DNA of 64,000 nt from Cirrosporium novae-zelandiae (GCA_026023565.1 JAPETS010000045.1:62001-126000); one strand, 5' to 3'. Shown: positions 12,580 to 24,456, numbered from the stretch's first letter. Numbers and translations: made by a program. The notes: generated by a model from the sequence alone, not told the origin.

Positions 12580-13119
12580 ATGGCAAACATTGACCAAGCA
12601 TGATGTATGACAGAGCAGTGTATTCTGTGTCGAAACTGACAGCAGTTTAGGACGAGTTCAAACCAAACAAACATTGCCTGAGGGCCTCCTGCGGTGCGGA
12701 TCTATACTGATAAGGCCTCGGCCGCAATCGTGGATAGGGACTCGAATCCTGCTGTTTTTTTTTCACGGAAGCGGCCTGCTCTAGCCTCATAAGACCATTT
12801 CATGCAGAGCGGAACATAGGGGGCCTCCGAACCATGGGGAAAGATGACAATATTCGCTCCAGCACTACCTAAGTTCCCTTGACTAGATTTACTCTACATG
12901 CCGACCAATAGGGAATTCCCATCTAAAACTTGTGATTAAGTTTCGATAAGATTGGCAGCCACGGATAATCCCGAATAGGCCCGCGGGATTCGTCCCACCT
13001 CGGACCGACGCGCTACTCTAACGCTATCATATACACTTCAAAGTCAACTTCTTTCTTTTTGCATTTGATTTATATTTATATTCTGGATAAACGCAATTTG
13101 GACATCAGGCACAAACATT

Positions 13120-14241
13120 ATGGCATTCATAAGTTTCTCGGGAAATCAATACAACGTTGTCTCGGAGAAAGCGAAAGCGGCTAGCTTCGACGAGATCCCC
13201 CTCATTGATCTTTCCTTACCCAAAGATGAAATTGTTAAACGTGTTCGTGATGCATGTACTCGAGTCGGATTCATGTATATCCAGAACCACAATGTCCCTC
13301 AAGAAGTGATTGATAGCGTGTTTAAGAGTGGGAAAGAATTCTTTAGTCTTGGCAGGAAAGCAAAGGAAGCTGTGCACTTTAAAAATGTTAAGTCCTTCAA
13401 AGGCTATGAAAGCATGGGAGGTGTATACACCGATGAAACCAAGAAACCGGACTTGAATGAAGCCTTCAGCTGGGGCTATGCTGAAGAGATGGATTTCCTT
13501 CACCCTTCTCCAGCTTCCTCCCCATCGACAACAAAACATTCTGACCTCGAGTTCATGCATGGTGCAAATCAGTGGCCATCCTCCTTACCAGGGCTTAAAC
13601 CCGATGTCAGTACCTACTTTTCACACATTCTTATTCTCGCTCGTCGTCTCATCCGCCTCTTCGCACTCGCACTTAACCTCCCCGAGACTTACTTCGACTC
13701 AATGATGGCACGACCTGGCACCATGGGGAAAATGTTACATTATCCCACCCAGTCGCCTACATCCCAGGTTGCAGAGGCTCTCGGGATTGGCGCCCACACC
13801 GATATTGAGTGCTTTACGATTTTATGTCAGGACAACAGTGTGCCTGGGTTGCAAGTGCTGAACCAAAAAGGCGAATGGATCCTTGCACCCCCAAAACCGG
13901 GAACCTTTGTCATCAATATCGGGGATATGCTTGCGCGGTGGTCAAACGACACGTTCCTCTCGACGGTGCACCGTGTTCTTAATATCACAGGTCAGGAACG
14001 ATATTCACTTCCTGTATTCATGGGACCAAGCTATGAAACCATTCTCAAGCCATTGGAGACGTGTGTGAGCGAGGAGAGACCAGCAAGGTATGAACCCATA
14101 AGTGCAGGGTTGTATGTCTGGAAGCGATTGGCTGTGTCGAGGCTAAATAAAGAGGAATTTGAGAAGCAGTTGGCACAGTTTGAAGAAGCCAAGGTTGATG
14201 TTCATGTGCATGGGGCAGACGTAGTGGAGGTTGTGGGATAA
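13120..14241 (+). CDS. 2-oxoglutarate/Fe(II) dioxygenase (IPNS/DIOX_N type), intronless
   Basis: IPLIDLS..AC..VGFMYI.NH N-domain; HTD...H iron triad (GAHTDIE, STVHRV); RxS 2OG-binding motif (ERYS); NIGDML.RWSND. Confidence 0.93.
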   Translation: MAFISFSGNQYNVVSEKAKAASFDEIPLIDLSLPKDEIVKRVRDACTRVGFMYIQNHNVPQEVIDSVFKSGKEFFSLGRKAKEAVHFKNVKSFKGYESMGGVYTDETKKPDLNEAFSWGYAEEMDFLHPSPASSPSTTKHSDLEFMHGANQWPSSLPGLKPDVSTYFSHILILARRLIRLFALALNLPETYFDSMMARPGTMGKMLHYPTQSPTSQVAEALGIGAHTDIECFTILCQDNSVPGLQVLNQKGEWILAPPKPGTFVINIGDMLARWSNDTFLSTVHRVLNITGQERYSLPVFMGPSYETILKPLETCVSEERPARYEPISAGLYVWKRLAVSRLNKEEFEKQLAQFEEAKVDVHVHGADVVEVVG

Positions 14242-14585
14242 GTGTATAGGATGTAGCAGTGATTTAGTGATATGATACCACTTATACTCGCTCTTAGATG
14301 ATATAAACGAAGATATAGTTAAAAAAGTCTCCACTCACATAAGATTCTTATCCTATCTAGTCACACCATTTCTTATATGAAAGATAGTACAAGAGTTATT
14401 GATCGTGGCTAATTGGTTGATATAAAGTAGGAGAATAGTGGTCAAATAAATCCATGCCTTAGGCAGCAATTAACTCACGGTCTTGTTCAACCTCCGCTCA
14501 AAACTCCGAGACGAGAAGCTCTATGCGACACACTTTGGTCAACGTCATCTCCTCTTGAGAGCGGAAGCTCCTCGGCAAATTCATT

Positions 14586-16435
14586 ATGATAAAAGCAATA
14601 TTCTTCAGTAAATTCGACACCAAAGAAGGTGTGCCCGTATATACATCTGTTCCCATTGGAAATATTTTACTGATCCTTTCACGCAGGCCCCAAAGTCATC
14701 CACCAGGTTCCACCCAACAGCATCGTCCCCGCGCCCACCACACCACAATCCTCTCCCCCACCCCGCCCATTGATATCGTTCCCTACCGTTCGCTCCTACA
14801 TTATCCCACCGCAAGAGTTCTGCGGCCGGCCCCTTTCAATTTGCAACTCTCGACATCGTATTCTTGGGCATCCAATCTGCCTCTCCAACCCTCGGTACTC
14901 GCGAAACGAATTCATATTTAATTTCTGTGTAGTAGTAAAAGAGGATGAGGTTCGAGAATGGGGATGCTACGCGCGGGTCGTGAGCATGTTGGCAGAGCTG
15001 ATGGGAGGGCTAGAAGAAGTGGGGGGTTATTTGAGCAGAGACGAAGCCGTGGGAGAAGGAAGGGAAAATAAAGGAAGGGTATTTGCCATGTGTGAGATGC
15101 TGATGGAAGACCTGAATAATTATTCCGAGTGTATGATTCCTATAGGTATATATGTCCTGTCGAATGATAGATACAATATTTCCACTAACTGCCATCGCGA
15201 CAGACGATTCAAATACCCTCAACACCAAACTATTTCCTCTTCTTCCTCCACCTCCACAAATACCCCCATACAGTGTACCGCTTCTCCTAATCCAGCCATC
15301 GCTTCTCTCATCTTCCACGCTCCAGCCCTCTCTATCCCCGCCCCTGACCCCCTCCGCACTTTCCCCGGACCTCCTTCTCCTCTTACTTCTCCCCCACATC
15401 AACGGCATAAACTCTGTCGCTCGAATATCCCGTCTCGCAAATGTAAGCCTAAAAATAACAACCGAGGTCCTCCGCTGCCTACTCTGGCAGCATGCAATCA
15501 TGCTCCTCGACATCTTCAGTTTTGGTGCCGTGTACGCCTGCACCGAAGCAATCGGGGAATTGATCTCCACGGCCATGGATCCAGCAACGTCTACCACCAC
15601 CAATCCCACAGTCAACGCCACCAATACAACCTCCTTCAACAGTCCCACAACAACAACAACAACAACAACGCCCCAACAACAGCCAACTACTCCCACTGAC
15701 GGGCCGTCCCCGTCCACAACCCTCAACAGCATGATCCACGAATGCGCCGCCTACGTTCACCTACCCAATTCTTCCCCGGACATAAATCCTATCCCCGCCC
15801 ACCGACTCTGCACGCTCTTCCTTTCCCTCTCTCAAGGGAAATCTGTCCGAAGCTGGTACATTGAGAACGAATCTCTCCTAACCGACATTGATGTACGGCG
15901 CTTCCTAACCTTCGGTGTCATCAAAGGCATCATCTACCGCGTGCGCAAATACGCTGTATTAGTAGGTCCCAGCGGCGAAATTCTCAAAACAAGAAGGAAA
16001 AAAGGCTCCTTCTTCGGCTCTGTCACCACGACTGCGGGCGGAGGTGGTGGAGGAGAAAGAAAAAAAGATAGAGATATCCCAGACGAAGCCCACCATCACC
16101 TACAACCGCAACAGCAACCATACCAACATCAACAGCATACTCCAAACTCCCAACACCAATACCAATACCACCATCACCACCACCACCAACAACAACAACA
16201 ACAACAACAACCACAATATCAACAACATCAGCACCAAGAAGACCCACAACCCCCATCCCACAACTCCCTAAGCAACTCCTTTTCTGTCGATGGCCCCGGT
16301 ATCGATCTGAGTAGGTACCTAGATGGTAAACATCCGTTTGACCAAATCAGCACTGAGACGGGGCTTACGGAGCGCGAGATACTTAGGGAATTGAGACGGT
16401 GGGGGGGCGGGGAAGTGCAGATTTTTTGTCGGTGA
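14586..16435 (+). CDS. NPR2: Nitrogen permease regulator 2 (SEACIT/GATOR1 subunit), 3 exons (14586-14628, 14687-15145, 15204-16435)
   Basis: MIKAIFFSKFDTKEG|PKVIHQVP, YSRNEFIFNFC, EDLNNYSECMIPI|DDSNTLNTKLFP, IDVRRFLTFGVIKGIIYRV, LDGKHPFDQI. Confidence 0.92.
15647..15669 (+). repeat. (ACA)n trinucleotide repeat encoding poly-Thr in NPR2
   Basis: acaacaacaacaacaacaacaac seen directly. Confidence 0.9.
16166..16230 (+). repeat. (CAC)/(CAA) repeats encoding poly-His/poly-Gln in NPR2
   Basis: HHHHHHQQQQQQQQ tract in the NPR2 frame. Confidence 0.9.
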
Positions 16436-16952
16436 GTTTTACTGTTGATGGATTAGTTGGGTTTGGTGTGGGAATAAAGTTGGGAGGGTTATATATAATA
16501 TAAATGGGGGGTGAATAGGGGAAGAACCATTCATCTAGTTGTTGATAGATAATAGATAATAGATGATGATGAATGATGGTAAGCATTACGGTCCCATGTA
16601 TATGTATATATATCAGTTTTTTTTTAAATGAATTCCTATTTAAAATTTCCGGTCAAAAACGATGATTGAATATAAAAAAGTGGAAAGAGATGGCTTGAAA
16701 TATATTGGGACATATACGTATGTACAATACATACATACCAATGCCAATGCTAATTCTAATTTTAAGCTATTGCAAAGAAAAAAAGAAAAAAGGCAACGAG
16801 GTTCGTAACACTTCCTTCTTACCCCCCGGTCCTAACCATACTCCCATTTTTATTAACTCAACCAACCAATAAATCACGACCAAACCACCCCCTCCACCCC
16901 CACTTCACTCACACTCTCACTTACACTCACACCCCCCCCCCCCAACTCAACT

Positions 16953-19438
16953 CTAACCCAAATCCATAGCATCATCAGGATCATAAGTAATATCCTCCTT
17001 CCTCCTTCTCTTCTTCCTCTCTGGTCCCCCATCCCCATCCCCGATCTCTCCCCCCCCTACCCCCCAACTCAATTCCTCCTCTCGGTAATCAATCGCTTTT
17101 CGTTTGCGCAGCCCGTAGTGGTGGGTTGGTGGTTGTTGTGGTGGTCGGATGGCTGTGATTGGACTTTGGCCATGGGGTTGGGCGAGGATTCTGGTTACGG
17201 GTTGTTGGGGTTCTTGGGCGGGTAGGTCGCCGAGGGCGGCGGCTTGCCAGAGGGGGTTTTGGTGTTGGGCGGGTTGTTGTTGTTGCTGCTGCTGTTGTGG
17301 CGGTGGTGGTGGGTAGGCAGGACCCGCCACTGCATTGTCCGCAGCTCCCGCAGGATCAGAATAGAGGTTTACGCCTCCATCAGCTCTCCACTCATCTAAA
17401 TCCTGTTGATACCCTGCCTCGGCCTCGTCCAGCCTCCTGCCATCCAACTGAAGATGTCTTGCCTCGTCTACGACGTCTTGAGGGATAGACTCGTTCCGCA
17501 TTTCGTGCGCCCCGGTTGCTTCTCTAACTCGAGCTACAGCGACGTGCCACCTTCCCCGAAAGGCTCTAATCTTATTCCCTACACGGATTAGTTTTTGTCG
17601 TTCCTTTTCTAATTCTCTTGTTTTCCATGGCACTTCCTCACGGGGTTCCTGTCTCTGCTCCTCCTCCTCTTCTTCTTCCTCCTCTAGCTGTCCGGACGGG
17701 TCCTCAGTCATTTCTGTGTTTTCATCTTCATCATTTCGTTGCTTCATGATGTAGGAATTGTATGTCGCGTATCCCATCAAAGGTAATGTCGGGTTGCTAC
17801 GCTCTGGTGGTGGGGGCGGTATAAGTGGGGGACCGAAAGATACCCCAGTCGGATCTCTTCCATATATTTCCCCATATTGTTGAAAATGAGGAGGGCGAAA
17901 CGAACCAATATCTGGGTCCCTGAACTGCCCCCCCCGGACAAGAGAGTTTCCAGGATCATGTGGCGGTGCAAATAGACCAGGGGGCATATCATTGATGTCG
18001 TTGTTACGAAAGAAGAGAACGTCTTCCTCGGCCACCTCACGATTGAATACTTTTTCATGGTAAAATTTAATATAATCAATGAGACTTTGTACTGTGGGCC
18101 GCCGGTCAGAATCCCAGCGCAAGCATTCACGAATAACAGTACGAAGCCTTTCACTATACTCGGGCTCGCGTCTCGTTCTAATTTCCTCGATGCAGAACTC
18201 GTTTATATTCGGATTTTCTTCATCGGGGGGGTCTGCGTACCAGTCGGGCAAAGCATAATGTGTCATCATCGTATACATCACTGCACCGATAGCCCAGACA
18301 TTGGTGTGTGAGTCGAGGCGCCTAGATCGGGGCCCCAAAAGGCCCGCCCACTCTTCATAGTTATTATCGTCGCCAAGTTGTTCCTTTTATCATGTCAGTT
18401 TGAGAAATGTGATTTCAGCACAGATATAGCATACAGGTGCCAACCATCCCAGAGTTCCATCTCCTCTTATACTGTCAGGATTAATCCGGACAGGTTGCTG
18501 AGAATTGACTTGAACAGCAAGCCCGTAGTCTCCCAGTTTTGCTTCTGGATACTGACCAGTCCGATACCGAGGGCCTTCCTCGACTTCAGGCACCTCACCA
18601 AGAAAGACTATTACCCGGTTAGTGGTGAATCCCATGTACAAATGACTACCGGAAAGTCTCACCGTTCCCAGGTTTGATGTCACGGTGGGCCCAGGACCAT
18701 TCCGGTACGCCCTTCTTGATGTGCCCGGGCTTAGTGGACCCTTTTCGCAGGCACTCTATAGCATCAATGAGGCCACCGAAAGCCTCCCAGAGAAATGGCT
18801 CTGGCAAATAGCTTCTATTCATCCACCATTTCAGTCATTTTTGTCCTGTGTCTGAGAAGCGTAGGGGCCTACCTCCACCGTTCATATTGGGCATCGAGAA
18901 CCAGCATGTCCTTGTAAGGACAGTACTCGTAATATATTCTGTGGACCTTATGCCGCGAATATCGACGATATGACAGCATTTTAACCAGGTTCTTACATTT
19001 GAACCCGGCCATATGGTGCATTGCTTTGACTTCTTTGGGGATATCGGGGTTCCACCTGCCCTGTTTCGCCGAAATTTGTTTGATCACCAGCCGCTAGATC
19101 ATTATAAGATATCTACCATCTATATCCTTTTATGGTATTGATAGACTCACATCAGTGACATGCCCGTTTTCATCTCGCTTAACCCACAATGCTACTAGAC
19201 CAAATCCTCCCCTGCCTAAAGGCTTATCACCCACCCATCCTCCACCCATGCCAGCTGGGGAAGCTATGAGCTCTGCTGCTTCTCCGCCCCAGGCAGTCTG
19301 CGCTGCTATATTAGGAACGCCCACAACCTCTTCATCGGAGTCGGCTTCGTAGTAGCTCGTTTCTGGACGGGGATCATCCGTGGCACAGTCATTAACATCA
19401 TCCCAGCTGAGTGTTGTCAATTCGTCTCGTAGATCCAT
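16953..19438 (-). CDS. Multi-exon Ser/Thr protein kinase with a long low-complexity C-terminal tail
   Basis: LGRGGFGLV glycine loop, IKQ, YYEYC, HRDIKPGN| (read on the minus strand near 18665-18690), KLGDYGLA, GTLGWLAP|E, TNVWAIGAVMY, RRPTV. Basic NLS-like clusters near the C-terminus. Exon boundaries were only partly resolved. Confidence 0.82.
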
Positions 19439-19910
19439 GGCTTAACTAAAATCTAGGTAATTGGATGCTGCAAGATACTATCTGTACAGTTGATTGAGAT
19501 GTAGGTATTTTGGGAATGATGAATTTGAAATTAATATTAAATTATTACATATAACTTGAGAGAATGAAATTCGAGAGTGTGTAGAAAAACATGGTTCTAG
19601 TATAACATGATAATTTATATAGGACCGCTTTGTTTGGGCCATTTTCGGCGAGGAATGGCAGTTAGACGTGACAGTATTATAAGGAGTTTTAGCTTGAATA
19701 AAACAAGGGGTCAAAGGACAGCTCGACGTTTTCAGGCTGAAAGCGCAATTTAGACGAATTCCATTGAAATGGACAATGTGAACAGAATTTCATGAAGATG
19801 GTGGGTTGTGGTAGCTACTACTGGTGAAAGAGGTAGATGAGCTTCTTTGACAAGATTAAGACCTTTGATCCGAATCGGGTAATATGTTGCCCTATTTCTG
19901 AGCCCTATTC

Positions 19911-22596
19911 TTAAATCTCCCTTAACAGTCTTCTCCGCTTTGATCTTCGGCCGTTCCTTTCATCTTCATTGCCCTCACTATCACTTTCGCTCGAACTGTC
20001 ACCACTATCCTCCTCACTATCAACCGTAATAACATTAGAGGTTCTCTGGCTCAATGATACTGGCATCTTCCCTTTCCTCTTTGGGTCTTCGGCTAGTGGG
20101 CCAAAGCCTTTTCCCTGGGCTAAATCACCGATAAACGCATCTGTAGCTGCTTCGTCATCATCATTGTCGGCGTTATCGTCTGAATTATCGTCCTCATCAT
20201 GCATCGGCGTTTCATACTGCAGAGCACTAGCCACCAGGCTCGTTCTTTGTAAATTTGGATTAGATACAATAGTCGATGGGCCGCTTGATACTGATTTCCC
20301 AAAATCGGATCGCTTCTTTGCGGCTGCTGCAGCGATATCAATGTTGGTTCTCCCATCTACTCCATCGATAGTTCTCAGAGTTTTTAGCCACATTTTGGGA
20401 TCTCGGCTTTCGTCCCATTTACCAACTTCATAGCCATTCAATGTTTCAAGATCAAGGCATCCGGCTCGCGAATCGCCCCAGTACCAAAGCGGTTCCTTAT
20501 CTTTGAGCCGTATGTCGAATTTACGAGAGAATCTGTGAGCATTTCGCATGCCTTCCAAACCAAGCGAGAGGTCTTTCTCGCCAAACCAAAGGATAAGAGC
20601 ATCGCTTTCAAAGCACCGTGATAGCACTCGGTCAAAAGAAATTTTGTATGACTTCATTTCGGAATGAAGGGGGTACCACTCCCACTCTCTCATCCCCCAT
20701 GGGAAATTCGCAATAAGCTTTTCTCGTTCAACTGGTACAGGACTATAGGCTCTCCTTTTATCAATCGTATAAGCCTTGCCTACAAGATGAATAGAGATGA
20801 AGGAACTCGCTTTTCCTGATTCTAGGTTCAAGCTTGAGATTTCCACATCTTTATCCACATTGGTCATCATGCGAACTGATTTAACCCAAAGCACATCCGT
20901 AACTTCCTGCACATTTTCGGGAGGTATGATACGGACCACGTCCCCAACAAATATGACCTCTGGTCCAATATATATGCCTTTCGAGGATATAATAGCATTA
21001 GGCCACGTGCCTTTGATGTAATATTTATCGACTAGTGACATTGAGCATGAGACCGTCAGTGCATGAGATATTGAGGGATGCCATGTTTCAATCGGAATGC
21101 CGTGCATTATCTCACGATAAAAGACGAAGGGTCGTATATGATGCAACGGGACATAGGCATATTGCTTTGAGTATGCCTTGTCATTGTCGTTCGGGTCAGG
21201 GAAGCACTCAACCCTAAAGCCAGATCTATTGATCGCATAGGACTTTTTGGTCTGCATGATCGTGTCCTCCAGGCAAACCCATTCCTGGGAAGCCTGCCCT
21301 ACCGTGCCTGCCATCCACTTCGGAAACCCTAAGTATTCATTTGTTTTGTTGTCGTACAATTTATATTGCTCGTTGTCAGAGTCATAATTAATGACTCCCA
21401 TTTCCCTGCACCAAAGGACCAACTCTCCGACACGTGGGACGAACGAGTATTGTTTGGTCGTGACCTTTTTGATCATGTCTGGTAGTTGGTTCCGCTCTGC
21501 TCTCCAGTCCATGCTCCATTGCTCTTTTATTGCTTGGTGTATCGTACCCTGATTTTTAAATTTTGCAAATAGCCCTTGGTAGACATCTGGAGTTCCTTCT
21601 GCATCAGTCGATCCACCATCTGGAAATTTTACTTTCCCCGTCTCGTGATCACTTCTAGGAAGAGATGGTCTCCCTCGTCTGCGGGGTATTGTTGCTGGAA
21701 CTGGAGGAGTTGGGGGGTGCGGGCTGGAATTAGCAGTAATAGCGGCTGGTTCATTTGCTTTGGATCTTGACGGCATCACAACCTCACTTTCCCTCGACGG
21801 TTTTCTTGAACTGTTTAAAGTATACCTATCTCCAGTGCATGCTATGCAGTTACATTTCTCTTTGCCTCGTGACATTAAATACTTGAAGTGTGGATAGAAT
21901 TGGGTTGTCGAATCAAAATATTGGTGTGCTGGATGTCCATAGAGGTATTTATCTCGCTATTCAAGTGAAAGGCATGAGTCAAGGCAAAAGTTGAACTAGG
22001 AACAACACTTACTTACAAGGTTTAAGTTTGGTCTTTGTTTCTCATACATAATGTAACCTGCAGGGAGGCGTTCGAACATGTATGTCTTTCCTAAGAAATG
22101 TGAATAACCATATTGACTGGAGAGCCGAAATTATTGATATCAAGCTCAATGGCAATAGTGATGTAAATAATTTGGAATCAAATAGCTTTACTTCAGCTAA
22201 TGTTGAGAAATAAACAAGGTAATTGTCAAAAGAAAGCAAGGCACAAATTTACCCAAGTCTTGAAGCTGGTCAATTCTACCTCCGTCTTTGCTTTATCTAC
22301 GTTTCATCATAATCAAACAATCCTCATAATTTCAATAACCAAGCACATAAACTCAACGATAACTCGTCTCAAAAAAACTAATGAAAAAACCTACCCTTTT
22401 CTTTCAGGCCTTTCTCCTCCATCCACTTATTCGCAAGTTTCTGCAAATAAATATCGGGCTTCCCCCTCTGATAGTTTGGTTTATCAGGCTTGTACGACGG
22501 ATCACTATCACTATAGTCACTTGGGAGGGGGATACTAGTCAGGGTTGAAGCAACCTTCTTGGAGGCGCCGCTGCTACTACCGAGTTCGGGGGGCAT
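19911..22596 (-). CDS. CLR2: Clr2-like transcriptional silencing protein (SHREC subunit), 3 exons
   Basis: YLQKLA..W; then YMFERLPAGY; then DKYLYGHP...F.S...FYPH..YL and C.C..C; WSMDWRAER, FVPRVGELVLW, SGFRVE, SKQYAYVPLHHIRPF, GIYIGPEVIFVGDVVRI. I recognise this pattern from fungal Clr2 proteins. Confidence 0.75.
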
Positions 22597-22992
22597 TTTA
22601 TCTGGTTATTAATGATTATAAGAAAATTCTTTTGATTGGGGTGTGATGGGGAGGTTTGATGGTCGGCACCGACGTAGATGCCCAGACATAACAGACTCGA
22701 CTAATAGCCGAGGCCTACCTCCTTCTGGCATAATAGACCAAGAATAAATATTTACCATGTACAGTACATGTACATGTAGTGAATCGTTAATAATTATTCA
22801 CTTTATACTATGGTACCCTGTAAGTAATAAAAAGTATATTATAAAGAAAGGAAAGCAAACAAGTTCCCAAATCAACGATATTCAATCAGTCAATTGACCA
22901 TTCAGGATGTGATTACATCCGCCATGGCGTCCTTAGAACATTATCTGGTTCAAAAATAACATAATACCAACCATCAACCATCCTTCTTCATT

Positions 22993-24456
22993 CTAATCTC
23001 CACCAGGATCATAGTTGCGCCACTCACAGGCACACTGCCTGCTACTCGGCTGTGGGGAGATTTCGCCTGTGATCCTTACACTCGTCTCCCCGTTATTCCA
23101 GAGATAACAGCTCGGCACATCAGTCCCTCCATTAGCGACTTGGAATACGTCTACTGCATAGGGCCAATCTTCAAATGATCCAGGAGAAGACGAGGAAGGG
23201 GAAGCTGAAGTTACAGTGGATGCTGCGGAACCCGCTGGACGCTTCTTGGTGTACAGATTTCCTTCGAGAATTGTATCGTAATATTTACAAATAGTGGTAG
23301 ACTGATTAGGCAAAAGCGTTGTTGTAGGTACAACATCTATCCCCATCGTTGTTTGAAAACGGTAGTGTTCGGTATGGAGACCAGCATCAACAAGACTCAT
23401 AGAAATATTGCTGAAATGTGGAGCGAAAGGATTGCCGCTCGACGAGATTTTGAAATTAGAACTTCTAGGCTCGGTAGGACTGATGATCCATTGGAAGGTA
23501 ACCATGGAGCCTGATGGGGAAGTTTGGTAAGTGGTATATGGAAAACATTGCCATGTCACGGCGTCAGAGGTACAATTTGTTGTTATAGTCTCTAGGAAAG
23601 CATTAAAAGAATATGATCCAGCAGGGAAAGAGGGGCTAGAAAGCGGTGGGGAAGGTGGATTAGACGATTGTGAAGCGGAGTTGAGACTTCTAGGGTATTA
23701 TATGAGCTTGCCATATCCAAATCGACCTTGGAAGTATGCTTACCCGTTATGATTGTGAATGTGTACCCCAACACCCAACCCAACCCCTAATGCTATAATG
23801 ACGGCTACTAGGAGGAAAATAATCAAAGTCAACCGTCTCCAACCTCCTCGCCTGGCAATATATTTGTTGTTTCGGAATCGCCTATTTCGAATTTCATTAA
23901 ATTTTACTCCGCCGGGGCTAATAATATTATTATAAGGACTATGAAAAGGTGACGTATAAGGAGAAGGATGCTTTTCGGAATAGGAACTTCGGGGGGTCGA
24001 CGGCAAGCTTAGCCCATAGAGCATTGGATAGCTATTTGTTGTTTTCAACGGTGGTAAATGCGGCCATGACAAACTCCTGTCTTCGTGTTGTTCCGTCTTT
24101 GATCTTCGAATTGGCGGGGGGACGGCAGCTTCGATGCTATCTTCTGAGCATTGTGGAGAGTGCTGAAGTTTCAAGGGACTTGGGATGGGGACCACAAATT
24201 CTGAGCTACTGTATCTATTACTATTCCTCTGTACTCGAGGGATTGGCGATGGTATAGCAAGCTCAATATCGTCATCGTCGTCATTATGCAAATGTTCATG
24301 CGAATAGAAGTGAGGGGATAGCTGTAAAGAGAAATCGGTCTCACTGTCCTCGTCGATAGCTGGCAAGTCATTCAGAGTATTTCGATTAGAACTAGAGGGG
24401 GATGATAGTACAGAGGATCGAGGTCCTGTAGGGTAAAATATAGGAGATGAAGCCAT
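22993..24456 (-). CDS. Conserved fungal single-pass membrane protein of unknown function, with a Cys-containing C-terminal domain
   Basis: Disordered Ser/Pro-rich N-terminus, RRGGWRR followed by a TM helix (LIIFLLVAVIIALGVGLGVG), one intron near 23743-23692, then FPAGSY...CTS..VTWQCFPY...C.C.W.N. Confidence 0.75.

Noticed and set aside
4188..14241. Secondary-metabolite biosynthetic cluster interpretation
   Set aside because: No PKS, NRPS, terpene synthase or RiPP precursor is present. An importer-type permease and amide hydrolases point to catabolism.
15010..16271. Antisense and alternate-frame ORFs with poly-Val, poly-Cys or poly-Asn
   Set aside because: Shadows of the trinucleotide repeats inside NPR2.
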